Positions 12,154-25,492 are shown, counted from the whole stretch's first letter. The stretch is DNA of 63,102 bases, filler included, from Globobulimina sp. (GCA_003354225.1; 42 parts of 42 records of this genome joined end to end with filler, not necessarily neighbours in it); one strand, 5' to 3'. The notes: generated by a model not told the origin, from the letters alone. Made by a program: numbers and translations.

Positions 12154-13452
12154 TCATCCAAACCAAGAAGCAGATTCATTTTTATTATAAACGGTGACGG
12201 CTGTCCGTAAATCATTCATTTGTGCATTACAGGCCGCGATAAGATTTAATTTGGTCGTCGTCAACCATTCAATCGACTTCTTAAAGGTTGTAATCTGTGT
12301 TTGCAAATTTACAATCTCATGCTTCAATTTCTTAATTTGAACATGATGATCGTCCTCGGCCTGCAACAATTTGGTCCAATATGAATTCTGTAATTGCGTG
12401 AACGACTCCCTTCGCTGTCTCTCCTTGGTCTCATTCAAATTTACGATGTCCGACACTGATCTCTTGGCCTCTGTCAATTCGTTTTTATATTTGGAGATCT
12501 CCATATTATCGATTTCTTGCTTACTGAGCGAGGTTTCATTTCGCAACTTTTCCACTGCCAATTTCTGCTCTAATTCCTTGACCTTCTCCTCGTAGGTGGC
12601 GGTTATTTGCTTTTTAGTCTGTTCGGCCACCAATAATTTATGAAACATGGTTTGTGATACTTTGGTCACGCTGTTTCTGCGCGTTTTCTCCAAATTGAAT
12701 GCATTTTCCTTACTTTCTTCTAATTCGGATTGCAATTTTTGTAATTTCCTCTTAAAATCTTCCTTTTGATCCTCATTTTCCTCCTCAGCCTCTAATAATT
12801 TCGCCATCATTTGCCGGGATAAGAAGGAGACCGATCCCCTTCGCTGCTTCTGTTCATTCTCCACATCAACCTCTAATCTCTCGATTTTCTGAGTCAACTG
12901 AAAGATTTTCTGCTTATTTTCTTCGATGATCGACTTCTTTTCTTTGATTTCTTCTTTTAACTGAACCACTTGCGTCGGATTTATAATATTGTCATTGGTG
13001 TTGTTCTCAGCGTTTTTATTCATTTTCGCAAAGGCTTCTTCATAAAATGCGATTTTCTCATTCAAATCTTCCTTTTCTTTATGTAATCGTTCAATTTCTT
13101 CTTCATATTCAAACTCCGCATCCAATAGCTTCTGAAACATGTTATTATGTAAATTATGGATGGAATCTTTGCGTTGCTTCTCTATAAATACATTCTTCTC
13201 CTTCTCCTCTTTCAACTCCCTCTCTATCCGTTCAATATGTGCTTTCAGCCTCTCATTCTATACACAAACGTATACAAACAATGTGCTTTATACTATGTAC
13301 TAAACAACAACAAATATAGCGGAGATACCTCTGCTTCTGGCTCAGCCTCGGCTTCATCCCACAAATCATCAAATTGTTTACCCTGTTTACCTTTCTTTGC
13401 GTTTGTGTGTGTATCGCTATTTGTAATTGTATCCGTCTCCAAATCACTCACA
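12154..13452 (-). CDS. Coiled-coil protein with four R(R/K)xS...KLLxAE repeats, 5' partial
   Basis: ORF 12154-13215 plus a probable upstream exon. Confidence 0.75.
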
Positions 13453-13552
13453 NNNNNNNNNNNNNNNNNNNNNNNNNNNNNNNNNNNNNNNNNNNNTTAA
13501 TTAATTAANNNNNNNNNNNNNNNNNNNNNNNNNNNNNNNNNNNNNNNNNNNN

Positions 13553-14178
13553 ATTGAAGGAAAAAGGAAAAGTCAGCCTCCACCGGAATGTGCTCCGTTT
13601 GTACCGGAAAGAATAAAGGTATACACTGTACTGTACATAAACGGAAACTGTTTTTATGACGTTTCGACTTTTTTAATCAAATGTATATTATATTTATATA
13701 GAGTGTTATTGTTGGATCATTTCAATGTGATGCGTTAATTAAATCGGACAGTTTTGAAAAAGATCTTAAATGTTTTAAGGAATCTGTATCCAAAATATGC
13801 TATGATGAAAATGATTTTGTCAAATTAGACGAAAAACAAAGAAGTTGTTTTAGAAGTCTTTCCGGTGAGCGTTATACTGTGCGATGGTATCATGACAACG
13901 GAAAGTCACAAGATGATGTTTTTAAGTTGTATACAATTGGTGATATTGAAATGCATAAAAGTGAGAAGTGTTCAGATGTGAATAGAATTGGTGGAGGACC
14001 ATCGGATTATGGCTTTTGTACTGTGTCTTCATTGCATAGTTACAATAAGAAGCCAGGATTTGATGCTAATTTATTTTGGACAGTTATGATATGCTGGAGA
14101 TTTTGTGGAACAACATTTGTTAAATCGTGGGATGAACAGATGCAAGTTTTGAATAAAAAACATAAATTAAACATTTAA
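13553..14178 (+). CDS. Hypothetical protein, C-terminal part (intron about 13619-13702)
   Basis: Open frame through 14178 after a GT-AG intron. Confidence 0.5.
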
Positions 14179-14360
14179 TTGTTTGTGATTGGGTGTTATT
14201 GACACTTTCTCATAACAAAAATATAGATATAAATTAGAAACACTTCGTTTTTAAAATTCTCACATTCGCAAGTCATTTTGTTAGAAACCACTTGGTTCAT
14301 TTTTCCAAAACGAAGTGTTTCTAACACGTCCTATTCTAAAGTATTATATATTTATACAGA

Positions 14361-14957
14361 TTAATAATTTACAACATTTTTGCATTCATCCCACATTTCT
14401 TTAACTTCCACAAACAATTTAAATTGAAAATGTTTCAATTCTCTAAATTTAGCTCTTGACATAGAGTTATTTGGCCCAGTCGAATATGCGCCATTTTGTG
14501 GTTCTCTCAATGCCTGAAGTTTCTGCCCAAAATATCCAATTTGAGCACACCTGACACGAAATAATATATTTACCTCATGCACATGTTGAGGTAATTTCGA
14601 AATAGCAATCCAAACAACACATTTTCCCTCAGGAATCAAAGAGGCCCATCCATTGGGTGTCAGCTCCAAATAAAACACACATCCATTCACCTCAAATTTG
14701 CGACTGGTAATCACATCACCTTTTGTACAATTTAAAAATAATTTTATATCTGAGTTATTGTCAAATTTCCATAAAAACTCGCCTTGTTTTGAATTTCGAA
14801 TATTTATTATCATTAAATAATAGTTATAAATCAATTCATAAATAGATAATGGAGCCACACTCTGATTTACATTGCACTTAATCCCATTCAGATATCCATA
14901 AACCAGCATATTATTTGATTGCGATGGACAGACAAATAATGGCTTGTCAACCGCAGA
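14361..14957 (-). CDS. MATH/TRAF-like domain protein
   Basis: FLWKF...ITSRKFEVNGCVFYLELTPNGW...VVWIAI pattern. Confidence 0.6.
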   Translation of the reverse strand, partial: SAVDKPLFVCPSQSNNMLVYGYLNGIKCNVNQSVAPLSIYELIYNYYLMIINIRNSKQGEFLWKFDNNSDIKLFLNCTKGDVITSRKFEVNGCVFYLELTPNGWASLIPEGKCVVWIAISKLPQHVHEVNILFRVRCAQIGYFGQKLQALREPQNGAYSTGPNNSMSRAKFRELKHFQFKLFVEVKEMWDECKNVVNY

Positions 14958-15057
14958 NNNNNNNNNNNNNNNNNNNNNNNNNNNNNNNNNNNNNNNNNNN
15001 NTTAATTAATTAANNNNNNNNNNNNNNNNNNNNNNNNNNNNNNNNNNNNNNNNNNNN

Positions 15058-15847
15058 AATGATAACTCATTCATTTCAATATGACATGATTGCAAAGTTG
15101 CTCTCTATCGATGATCGTGTTTATATGAGAGATGATTGCAAAAAATTGTTTCATTATTGTTTCTCCAAAAACATACCAATCCTAATTGTTTCTGCTGGCA
15201 TTGCAGACGTAATTCAATGCATTTTAGAAAAGTATGACTTATTGTTATCAAACATTCATTTGCTGACAAACAGAATTCATTGGAAAATAAATGGGAACAA
15301 CAGCAACAAGATCAATAATGACTGTTTTGATGAGAATGGATTTCATAAAAAATGTGTTACTGTTGCTAAAGATGCGAAAATATCTCATTTTGGACCGCTA
15401 ATATCGTCTGTTAATAAGGAGGATACATATAAATATTTAAAAAAAAGATATTTTGATAAACAAGATATAGTCAGGAGGCGATTTGTTATATTTGTGGGAG
15501 ATTCACGAACTGATCCAAACACAATGAAAGAAGTTGAAAATGTGGAAGAATGTATTTTTATTGGATTTATTTTGCCACATCGAATGAAGGAAATTGATAT
15601 ATTTCTGGACTGTTATGATGTGGTTATTGCCGCAAAGAATGCATCGCTGGACTTTGTCATTAATGTATTGCATGCGTTTTTGAATGGGGATCATATTGCC
15701 ATTGCTGCAGAGAGTGAATTAAAAGAACAGCAATTTGAGGATGATGAAATGGATAAGAATAAAGTGAAGGAATTGCAAAAAGTTCGAGCAAACACGAAAA
15801 CAAATACTTTTGCATTCTCATTTACAAATTTAACAGCTGGTAAATAG
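15058..15847 (+). CDS. Pyrimidine 5'-nucleotidase (HAD, UMPH-1/NT5C3 family), 5' partial
   Basis: MRDDCKKLF...NIPILIVSAGIADVI...VIFVGDSRTDPNT...FIGF...YDVVI. Confidence 0.8.
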
Positions 15848-15933
15848 AATCGATCTAACTACCTAAACTCCGGTATACTCATAATTTAAATAAATAAACT
15901 AGAAAACTTTCTAAACATTTATTTTTAGGAACC

Positions 15934-16462
15934 ATGGGAGTGTTGAATGATACAGCATCAACTGGTCATATTGTGCTATACATTTTTGTTTTTGGCATTT
16001 CCATTGCAATTTGTTTCGTATTGCTCACTTTATTAATTTACCATTTTAAGATGAACCGTACAAAAAAAAGAAAAATCAAATTAAAGTTCAAAATTTTATC
16101 CATAGCCGCACTCAGTTCATTTCTAATTACATTGTCATTATATTTCATTGCAGACACTTTTCAGTATGATGTGTTTTGGGGACAGACATCATATGCAATG
16201 GTATCGTTATTCTGGGGGCATAGCAATGCGATAACGTATTTATTATTTGTTCAACGTATATATCATTCATTGGGCCAAACTGAACATAATCCGAAAAAAT
16301 GTGTTTATTCGTTCTTTTATACGTGCATAGTGTTGGTTTATTTATGTCAAGTTTACATTGTTATATTTTTGTTATTATTGAACACTGATATCGATGCACA
16401 ATTTGCTTTGAATAATATCAATACAGTCAATGCGATCGAAATTGTCATACAGTTAACACTTG
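15934..16462 (+). CDS. GPCR-like 7TM protein, N-terminal part
   Basis: NDT glycosylation site then 4-5 TM helices; YLLFVQRIYHS. Confidence 0.6.
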
Positions 16463-16723
16463 NNNNNNNNNNNNNNNNNNNNNNNNNNNNNNNNNNNNNN
16501 NNNNNNTTAATTAATTAANNNNNNNNNNNNNNNNNNNNNNNNNNNNNNNNNNNNNNNNNNNNGTAGTAGTGGAATGGATGTGCATGTACATGGTACAGTC
16601 GACAACGACAGTACATGCATGTCTCCATAGGTGAACATACCGCGCCTGCATGTACTATCTATACAGTACAGTACTCTATCGTATACTTGTGTATGCATTG
16701 TGTAATAATGTTCTCTCATTTAG

Positions 16724-17967
16724 GATGAAAGTATGAGTTACAAATTGTCTGGTTTGGATTATGGTAATAATTATACAATAACAATTCGTTCACTTTCTCA
16801 TATAAAACAACCAAGAGAAGAATCACAACCAATTGCTCTTATATTTACATCATTTGATTGTCTCTCTATTCATAATTATAATTTCTCCATTTGTGGTATT
16901 TTATTGTGTTTATTTATATGTATTTTATGTTAATAAATGTCTATTTTCTTGTAGGTCCTGGTCCAGTGATTGATTTAGAATACAAAAGAGTCAATTCAAC
17001 ATTTATTTTATCATTTTCTCCACCAAAATACACAACTCCTTGGAATCAAGTTTTTCGTTATTTGATTTATTATCGATCGCTGCCACATTTGGGTTCTTGC
17101 AAAAATAATATCGAAATGAGTTTGAGAATTGAACCGGTAGGTGGCGCTGCTGACATTGATACAAACATTTAGATAATATATTTTAGAATGAAACAAATAT
17201 ATCAATTAATGTCTCATCTAATTGTTATTATCAAGCATCTATCATTGCAATTGGTCAAAATAACAAATCAGGCATTGTGTCATATATTTCATTCAATTAC
17301 ACAATACCATCATCATCAATACTAAATAATGTTAATTCTAATATTCAAACAATACCATTCCATCCATTATATTTTATTGTTGTCCTTATATCTGTCCTTG
17401 TCCTTGTGTCATTGATTGGTTTTGTCTATTTGAGACTTAACAAAAGTGTCACTCAAGTGAACAACAAGAATCCATTGATACAACAAATATCAGCTCTCAT
17501 TTCTAAAACTTTGTACAGAAACAGTCAATATGCTGACACAAGTATGGAGGTATATACATGTACAATATTATTTTTGTGTTTGATTGGATGAGTGAACGCC
17601 ATGTGGTGGTACTAGAGCAGTCCTTGCCGAAATATATTCTCTCTGAAAACATACACTATGTGTATTTACTTTACTGTTTAGTTAATTAATTTTTAGGTTC
17701 ATCCAAGTGTATTATTTTCACCCCTTAGTACAATGAATCCACATCCTCATCTACATCAACATGTATGTCAACAATCATCATTATCACATATGTCAAGTGT
17801 ATCATCAACAATAATAGCTGATACAAATCGATCATCAATTGTCAATAATAACAACCTCATCCATTCCCTTTCATTCAAACAAAAACTTGGTCAAGGACAA
17901 TTTGGTTCAGTATATAAAGCATCATGTTCTGCATCTGGTTGTATTTCGCCCTCTTCCCCTCCGCCGC
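16724..17967 (+). CDS. Receptor protein kinase (FN3 repeats, TM, start of kinase domain), multi-exon, animal-like
   Basis: YKLSGLDYGNNYTITIRS (FN3), PGPVIDL...LSFSPP...YLIYY (FN3), TM LYFIVVLISVLVLVSLIGFVYL, KLGQGQFGSVYKA glycine loop. Confidence 0.7.
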
Positions 17968-18067
17968 NNNNNNNNNNNNNNNNNNNNNNNNNNNNNNNNN
18001 NNNNNNNNNNNTTAATTAATTAANNNNNNNNNNNNNNNNNNNNNNNNNNNNNNNNNNNNNNNNNNNN

Positions 18068-19082
18068 CGATGATGATGATCAAAATGCAGAATTTAATGA
18101 TATCGATCTCAATACAGAATGTCCGCCATCATCAACAACATTATTATCATCGTCATCATCATCAATAATTGATTATGGTCGCTGGTCAAAACCAGAAATA
18201 TCTCAAAACGATAACACTCGAAAAACATCAATATCATTACAAATATCATTGGAAATTATTGACATTGGTTTTCATTCCTTTAATGATAGGAAGTTATTCA
18301 AAAAAGTGAATGCTGTTATTTTAGTTTGTGATTATACCAAAAAATCTTCATTTACAGAATGTGTTGAAAAATATAAAGTGTTTTTAAAGAATTTAGGTTT
18401 TGGACAAAATAAAATTGAGAAACAAGAATATATTCCGGTGCTTGTTGCTATCAATAAATATGATTTAAAAAAAACGGATGGTGAAATTACCAAAAAACAA
18501 CTTAAAAAAATGGTTGCTGAGAAATTAAGACCAATCATTGATAAACATTTCTTTCCAAATGAGCAGCATCAGAAACAAGAGCAAGAGGATAATGATAATG
18601 ATCACAGTCTGTTGGGTGTGGTCAAGAAACATCAGCCACGAAGTCCAGTAAATTCCACCTTGTTACAAGCACCAAATTTGTCATTTATATTTGACGAAGT
18701 TAAAGGAGATGAAAGTGATCATGACCATGACGGAGAAGATGAAGTTAAAGAAGACCAAAAAAAGAAGAAAAAACTAAGTAAAACAGACATACGATATATT
18801 AATGTCATATCATGTTCAGCTAAAACTGGAAAGAATATTGAAAGAATATTTGGAGACTGCATTAAGAAAACTTTACCCTCGAAATTGACACAAAGTGTTT
18901 CATCTCATCAGAGAACCAAAACAACGGCGCACGTCACTGCACCAATTTGGTTAAGAAAGGTGTTTGATGATATTTCCTGTAACGCCAACGCCAGTAATTC
19001 GCAATTAATTCCATTTGGTGATGATGGCGGATATGATGCGTCAAAGGTTGATGATAATTTTAATTGGGTTGATGATGACTGA
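18068..19082 (+). CDS. Divergent Ras-superfamily small GTPase, 5' partial
   Basis: LEIIDIG (G3-like), VILVCDYTKKSSF, NKYD (G4), CSAKTGKNIERIF (G5) after a long insertion. Confidence 0.7.
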
Positions 19083-19572
19083 TTATGTATATAATATAAT
19101 ATTATATTGTCGACTTCTCTTTGTGTACATTTTTGATAAGAATCTTGACTCAATCCACATCTCTCAAGTGACTCACTCAAACCACTTCTCTGCTTTGTAT
19201 GGCGTTTCAAAACAAAGGTATGTTACAAACATATTCCATCCAATTAAGCGAATTGAATCCTATAATGACATATGGTAATCTTGATACTGTTGATAAGGTT
19301 CAAGTATCTTTGAGTATGGATCGCATTTACCATTAATAAAATTATCAGGATATACGTTGTGCATTGAACTGTTAATTAGAAAATATTTGATCTCAATCAA
19401 TAATGATATCCGATATTCAAACTTATTATTATTTTTATTTGATATTGTTGATGGAAACGGAGATACTAATTCNNNNNNNNNNNNNNNNNNNNNNNNNNNN
19501 NNNNNNNNNNNNNNNNTTAATTAATTAANNNNNNNNNNNNNNNNNNNNNNNNNNNNNNNNNNNNNNNNNNNN

Positions 19573-20017
19573 AAGTATTACTAAATTGGAAGAATATGAA
19601 GTGGACCAATTACAACAATACAATAATAATAATAATAATGCAGCAGTTACCGCTGACAATGAAGATAAAGATAATAATAATAATAAAAACAATGATAAAT
19701 TGCGAGAAGAGATAGATTCACTACGTCGTCAATTGGAAGACGAGAAAAAAAAACGTGAAAATTTAGATAAAGAAAGGAGAAATTCGTTAGCGTCTTTATC
19801 ACAAAATATGTTTAAGAAATTACTTGACTCAGAACATCAACATTTCGATGACAAATCTGATTTGGAAAAGCAATGCGATACACTTAAAAAAATTGTAAAA
19901 TATCTAGAAAAATCAAAACAAAATCTATTACAAGAAACAAGTAAAACTATTGATGATTTAAGGCAACATATTAAATTTTTGTCAGTGAGACTCCAAAAAT
20001 ATGAAAATTGGGATTGA
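19573..20017 (+). CDS. Coiled-coil protein C-terminus with one RRNS...KLLDSE repeat
   Basis: ERRNSLASLSQNMFKKLLDSE matches the repeat in 12154-13215. Confidence 0.7.
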
Positions 20018-20139
20018 TTTAATATATTCAAATATTAATTGTTTTGTTGTTTTTGTTTTTTTTGTTGTTTGTATTGTCAAAATTTCATCTTTCACCATTT
20101 GTAACTTTGTAAAGTTTTGTTGCTGATCAATATGAATTG

Positions 20140-20670
20140 TTATTGTTCATCCTTTGTTGGTGCATCATCATCATTTGAATGTATTGCTAGATATTGTTTG
20201 ATATATAACATTTGATTGTCAATAATATCAAATTTATACTTCAATTTATCAAACTCATCTTGAATATTTTCAAATTTTTGATTCAAATGTTTTGATTTTT
20301 CTTCTTTTTCAGTAAATTGCCAATAATAAAAAGTGGATACTTGAAGAACGGCAACGGACCAAACTAAAAGTTCGGCAATCATATCAGAACCCAATTCTAT
20401 TGCTTCTTTATCAGATAATGGTTTTGATGATTTTATTTTCACATTTTGTAACAATTTCACATTTGTCATTGTCACGAATTTCTGATATTTCTGTGCAGAC
20501 TGTATTAATTTTATTAAATCCAGATGTCCAATAAACAAAAACTACTCACATACTGAAATACATATTATTTTAAATGTTGGATGTTTTTGTGCCTCTTTTT
20601 TTACTCTTCTGGATATAATTTTAGTTCCTGCTCTCAAGGAAAGAAATGCTATTTTAACTAATAATGCCAT
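20140..20670 (-). CDS. OPA3: OPA3-family protein; intron 20500-20553
   Basis: MALLVKIAFLSLRAGTKIISRRVKKEAQKHPTFKIICIS/SAQKYQK...KPLSDKEAIELGSDMIAELLVW, C-terminal coiled coil. Confidence 0.85.
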
Positions 20671-21077
20671 CTATTTATGTATAAAAACTTTTGTGTACAT
20701 TTTTGCTTTGAAAATTTTGAAACAAAGATCTTAACTTTTCAATGTTAACTTATCTTTAAGAGGATTGCTTGCCAGCTGCGTTGATTAATAATTTAGTTTC
20801 GTAGTATGCCCTCAGCTGTTTCACTGTCTGGTTTATAATTCATTTGAAAAAAAACCCTCAACATAGAAATTCGATAATGGATAAGGGGTTGTTCTTATAT
20901 TGCGCAATATAAATTGAGACCTAGGACCTAGGTACCATGATATTGCAATTAAGGATCCCTACACATGCGACCACTACNNNNNNNNNNNNNNNNNNNNNNN
21001 NNNNNNNNNNNNNNNNNNNNNTTAATTAATTAANNNNNNNNNNNNNNNNNNNNNNNNNNNNNNNNNNNNNNNNNNNN

Positions 21078-22482
21078 TCACACATTTCATCAGCACAAAG
21101 AGAATATGTATTAGAACTATTGTCATTAACTTCAGCAAAATCTTGGTCAGAATGCAACACTCTATGCGGACAACGTTATGGAACAGAATTAGCCACAATT
21201 ATCAGTCAAGAAGACAGAGCCAGTCTAGTGTCGTATGCTCAAAGTGCTGGGGGATATTTATGGATTGGTTTAACGGTAAATGCATTTCTTTCTGATTGTT
21301 GTTTAATTTGTACATATTTGTCAATTAACACCATGCCAAGGATCAACAGAGTGAGGGAAATTGGAAATGGATAGATGGCACTCCGTGTACTATTGCAAAT
21401 GGTGAGTGCTCAGAATTTTGGACAACTACACCTGATAATGTTGGAGATGGAGTGGGAGGTAGTAATGCGGACTGTGTATATTGGGACACAGTCTTGGATG
21501 CATTGGGTGAAGCAAATTGTGTTTCTACCGGTATTTGGGATGGCGGATATTTATGCAATGCAAACGCATGTAACATAGTAATAGATGGTGCTTCTGAATG
21601 TACGAGAACTTCAAACTGTGCTTCCAATCAAAGATGTAATGATAGATCAAATACTGGAACACTCATACCGCTCACTGGAAGTGCTCAATGTGGTACATAC
21701 TGTACATGTTATTGCCTTGATATCCCAACAACGGAACCCACATCAAATCCGACATCAAACCCTTCTGCATTTCCATCATCTGCGCCGACACGCAATCCGT
21801 CATCAAATCCATCAATTCATCCAACGAAAAATCCAACCAAAGTTCCAACGAAACCCCCAACAAAAAATCTTACATTTGTTCCATCTCAAAACCCAACCAA
21901 ATTCCCAACAAAAAGGCCAACAAAAGTACCAACGATATCAGAAGGTCAAATCATAATATATAATATATGATATTTTTAAATTATATACCAAAAATAAAAT
22001 GGATGATGGTGAAATTTTGTATACTGTGTCATCACCAAAGGTGAATTTTTAAAAAACAAATTTCGTTCATATTTGGTATACAAAACTTTTCATGATCATA
22101 TAGCATGCATTTTTTTAGTCTCATATTCATATTTGTATATAATATATATAATTTACAGAAACAGATGTAACAAATGACGCTCATGTTGGGATGGCAATGG
22201 ACGAGACTTCATGTCTTCATCAATTAACCGCAATAAATGTAGCTCCGATACAAACTGATGGGATGAATAGGAAATCATTTTATTTGTTATGTGCTATATT
22301 ATCAGCTGTAGGAATTATATGTTGTGTAATGGTCATATCGATGATCTATTGTTATAAATGGATGACAATTAAAAAGAATGAGGTGCGCAGAGCTGAAGCT
22401 GTGATTGGATTAACTCAAACCAGTGCATCACCATCAATTGTGTCCGCAGCTAAAAAGAATAAGCAACAAAATATAGAAACAA
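21078..22482 (+). CDS. C-type lectin domain + Cys-rich + PT-repeat stalk + TM protein, multi-exon (intron 21276-21340)
   Basis: KSWSECNTLC...LATIIS...LWIGLT/DQQSEGNWKWIDG; PTxxP repeats; TM at about 22280-22350. Confidence 0.8.
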
Positions 22483-23297
22483 NNNNNNNNNNNNNNNNNN
22501 NNNNNNNNNNNNNNNNNNNNNNNNNNTTAATTAATTAANNNNNNNNNNNNNNNNNNNNNNNNNNNNNNNNNNNNNNNNNNNNTATGGCCGGATATCGGCG
22601 GCCAGGGAAATAGGTCCATGTGTTTTTGAGATACAAATCGATTCTAATTTAGCATGCTCATAAATTAGTGCAAAAAACCTACACCCGTACATTATCTTTT
22701 ATTGTCATTTATGCCATTTATGTTAATTATTACGTTTGTTATTAGATTAAAACAGAAACTCTCGCTTAATTATGGTAAATATTTTTCACTCACTTAAGGC
22801 AAAGGTTTTTTCATACTTACACTGGTTTAATTTTTAGCATGTGCGCGCAACAGATTACAAGTTTCTTTTGGACAAATAGGGCTAGGTATAGTCACACTAA
22901 CTCTGTCGTCATTTTGTTAGCTTTGTGCGTTTGATATTGTGTATGTATTGTATCAATCAGATAGGTTCTAAAAGGAAAGACTTCAATTCTTCGATTTGAC
23001 AAAGTTAGAAATTACCAACTTTTCACTTTTTTGAAAAGTTGATCCCAAGTTTATATTGTGTTTGTTATGTGAATAAAAGAATATATTTCGCTGTTTTGAA
23101 TAATACAGACAGCTCTACAAACAATTTCAATCACTTTTATTAGCAGCAGATTTTATGAAGTTAAGGTTGACATGTTCTTTGGTCTCTGTTTTATTATTTT
23201 GACGATAATACACAACAATTAATTATATACAGGAATATTAGAAAGGGATGACATCATCAAAGCAAAATAAATAACGTACGATTGAGTGATATTGTAA

Positions 23298-23657
23298 CAG
23301 AACCGCCCCATTTTAATACCCATACAATTTGAACAAGGCGCTGGTTATGATTCACGAAATGACACCCAAAATGCAATAATCTCACCAAATAAACACACAA
23401 ATAAAATCATACTATTATCATTACTATTATATTGTGAAAGTGGTGTAACATATTTATTATTTCTAAACTCAAATAGCAAATGCCAATGCACACAATCCAT
23501 AATAGCACCCTTATCTACGTCAATGGTAAATGTTACCAAAACGCCAACAACTGTGACACCAACAACTGGGACCCCAACAACTGGACCGCCACCATACACA
23601 CACTTTGTTGGCGATTATAAAATCTCATCGCAAAATACATCGCATGATAATCATTAG
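23298..23657 (+). CDS. Partial or decayed membrane protein with PT repeat ending in the start of a phage tail-collar-like domain
   Basis: Manual translation ...KIILLSLLLYCESGVTYLLFL...PTTVTPTTGTPTTGPPPYTHFVGDYKISSQNTSHDNH*. Confidence 0.45.
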   Translation, partial: QNRPILIPIQFEQGAGYDSRNDTQNAIISPNKHTNKIILLSLLLYCESGVTYLLFLNSNSKCQCTQSIIAPLSTSMVNVTKTPTTVTPTTGTPTTGPPPYTHFVGDYKISSQNTSHDNH

Positions 23658-24087
23658 AGTAAATGTGTCCCACCCATATCAGTTACCTGACTTTGCTCCG
23701 CAGAGGACGATGACTCGCAACGCTGCGCGTTGCTCGTCTTTCAAATAATTAATAGCCGTTGGGGGAGGAATTTGTCCCACTGAATCTGATCCAAACCATA
23801 TAATAGCCCATATTTTATCTTTGTATAAATGATGATATATTTGATTTTCTGATGCATAATAATTGATTCATATTCCTGTATATAATTAATTGTTGTGTAT
23901 ATAAAAAAATGAGGATAATAAAGTATTTCGAATATTGGGGATGCATTTCGATGCGAATTGGACATTTGATTTGCAGATAGACAAAGTNNNNNNNNNNNNN
24001 NNNNNNNNNNNNNNNNNNNNNNNNNNNNNNNTTAATTAATTAANNNNNNNNNNNNNNNNNNNNNNNNNNNNNNNNNNNNNNNNNNNN

Positions 24088-24358
24088 ATCAACTGCACCA
24101 AATGGATTGATTAACTGTATAATTTATATTATATTGACATTTCTAGTACAATATATATAGTGATACAACAGTGAACAGTTAACGTACTTTGTGAAGTGCT
24201 TCAGTATCAAACACAACATTAACAACATTATCATTGTTATCTATAACACCAAGCAATTTCTTCTCCCTTTCGTTTAATAATTGGTGAATCTGTTTAAATT
24301 CATCATTGATTTGATTTTTTAATGTCTCCGATGCCTTTTCATCTTCAGCTTCTGCCAT
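24088..24358 (-). CDS. Short coiled-coil (B-box C-terminal-like) protein, truncated
   Basis: INDEFKQIHQLLNEREKKLL; intron near 24115-24185. Confidence 0.45.
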
Positions 24359-24413
24359 TATTTTCACTTGCAAATATACTTCAAAATAAGAAAAACTTTA
24401 AACAAGTTTAAAC

Positions 24414-24858
24414 ATGGCAGTCAATCAACATGCAGTAATGGATGCATTGGTATTTACTGTATTATTATTATTAACATGATTCATGTGGATATTTGTAAAT
24501 ATAATATGAATTTTAAATAGTTTAAACAAGCACAGGTACGGACATTGCAATATTTTTAATTTGGAGAAATACGTGAATTTATGACTGTTATGGATATTAC
24601 AATACACAGATGGAGCGATTTGTTGGTTCTTGCACAGGTATTCCAATCAATCAATAGAAATTTCTAGAAATTTAAACATTCAAAACAAAACCAAAAACAA
24701 TATCAGAACGATGCTTCATTGATTGTGTGGATTATCCCAAAGATTCTCTGACCCCACAACAAAGGCGTTGTGTCGATGCCTGCGCCTCAAATTTCCAAAA
24801 GGACTATCAAGCCATCGTCAAATCATTCAGCAAGAAAAGCAAACGATTTTGGAAATAA
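24414..24858 (+). CDS. Mitochondrial small Tim chaperone (twin CX3C, Tim8/Tim13-like), 4 exons, 76 aa; absent from ORF track
   Basis: Exons 24414-24449, 24521-24535, 24610-24637, 24707-24858 (all GT-AG) give MAVNQHAVMDALFKQAQMERFVGSCTERCFIDCVDYPKDSLTPQQRRCVDACASNFQKDYQAIVKSFSKKSKRFWK. Confidence 0.85.
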
Positions 24859-24930
24859 CTAGGTAGCAAAACAGTGTTAAATGTGATTATTGATAAATAA
24901 TTGAACCGTAAGTCCGTAACAAATCAAAAG

Positions 24931-25492
24931 TTATTCTTGCTTCTGGCATTCAGCCGGCAGTGTACCATTTTTCTCAAAAACTCTAAACCGATCATACAGC
25001 ATTTTAGTCGTTCGATGTTTCAATTGTTTGTCCTCCTCACTTTTCCTATCATCATCTGCTTTGATCTTGGACCAAATGCCGGGCACTCCTCTCGTTTTAA
25101 CATGTAAAATATTTTTATATTTTATTATCCCTGCTTTCAATGCTTTGTCTTCATATTCTTCCCAAAACCTACGCCCTCGCTCATAATTAGCAGATTGCAC
25201 TGATAAATTTGTATTTCGTTTTGGTCTTTTTATTATATTATCGTTTCCATCCATTTGCAATGGTTTTATTTTGGAGAAATCAGTGATTTTCATATGTCCT
25301 TTATCCAAAGCCACAGTGATGCGATAATCATTCAATTGGATTATTTTCCCTGTTTTCCAAATATATGCATCGTTATGGTTGTGATTATGGTTTTTGTTAT
25401 TTTGGCGAACTGATACTTCCCTTCCAAGCTTATATGCTCTATCATTTTTAGGTTCGTTTTTATGTTCATTTTTCTCTTCATTGCTATTATTT
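24931..25492 (-). CDS. Hypothetical protein, C-terminal part
   Basis: Open frame from the contig edge to the stop at 24931. Confidence 0.5.
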
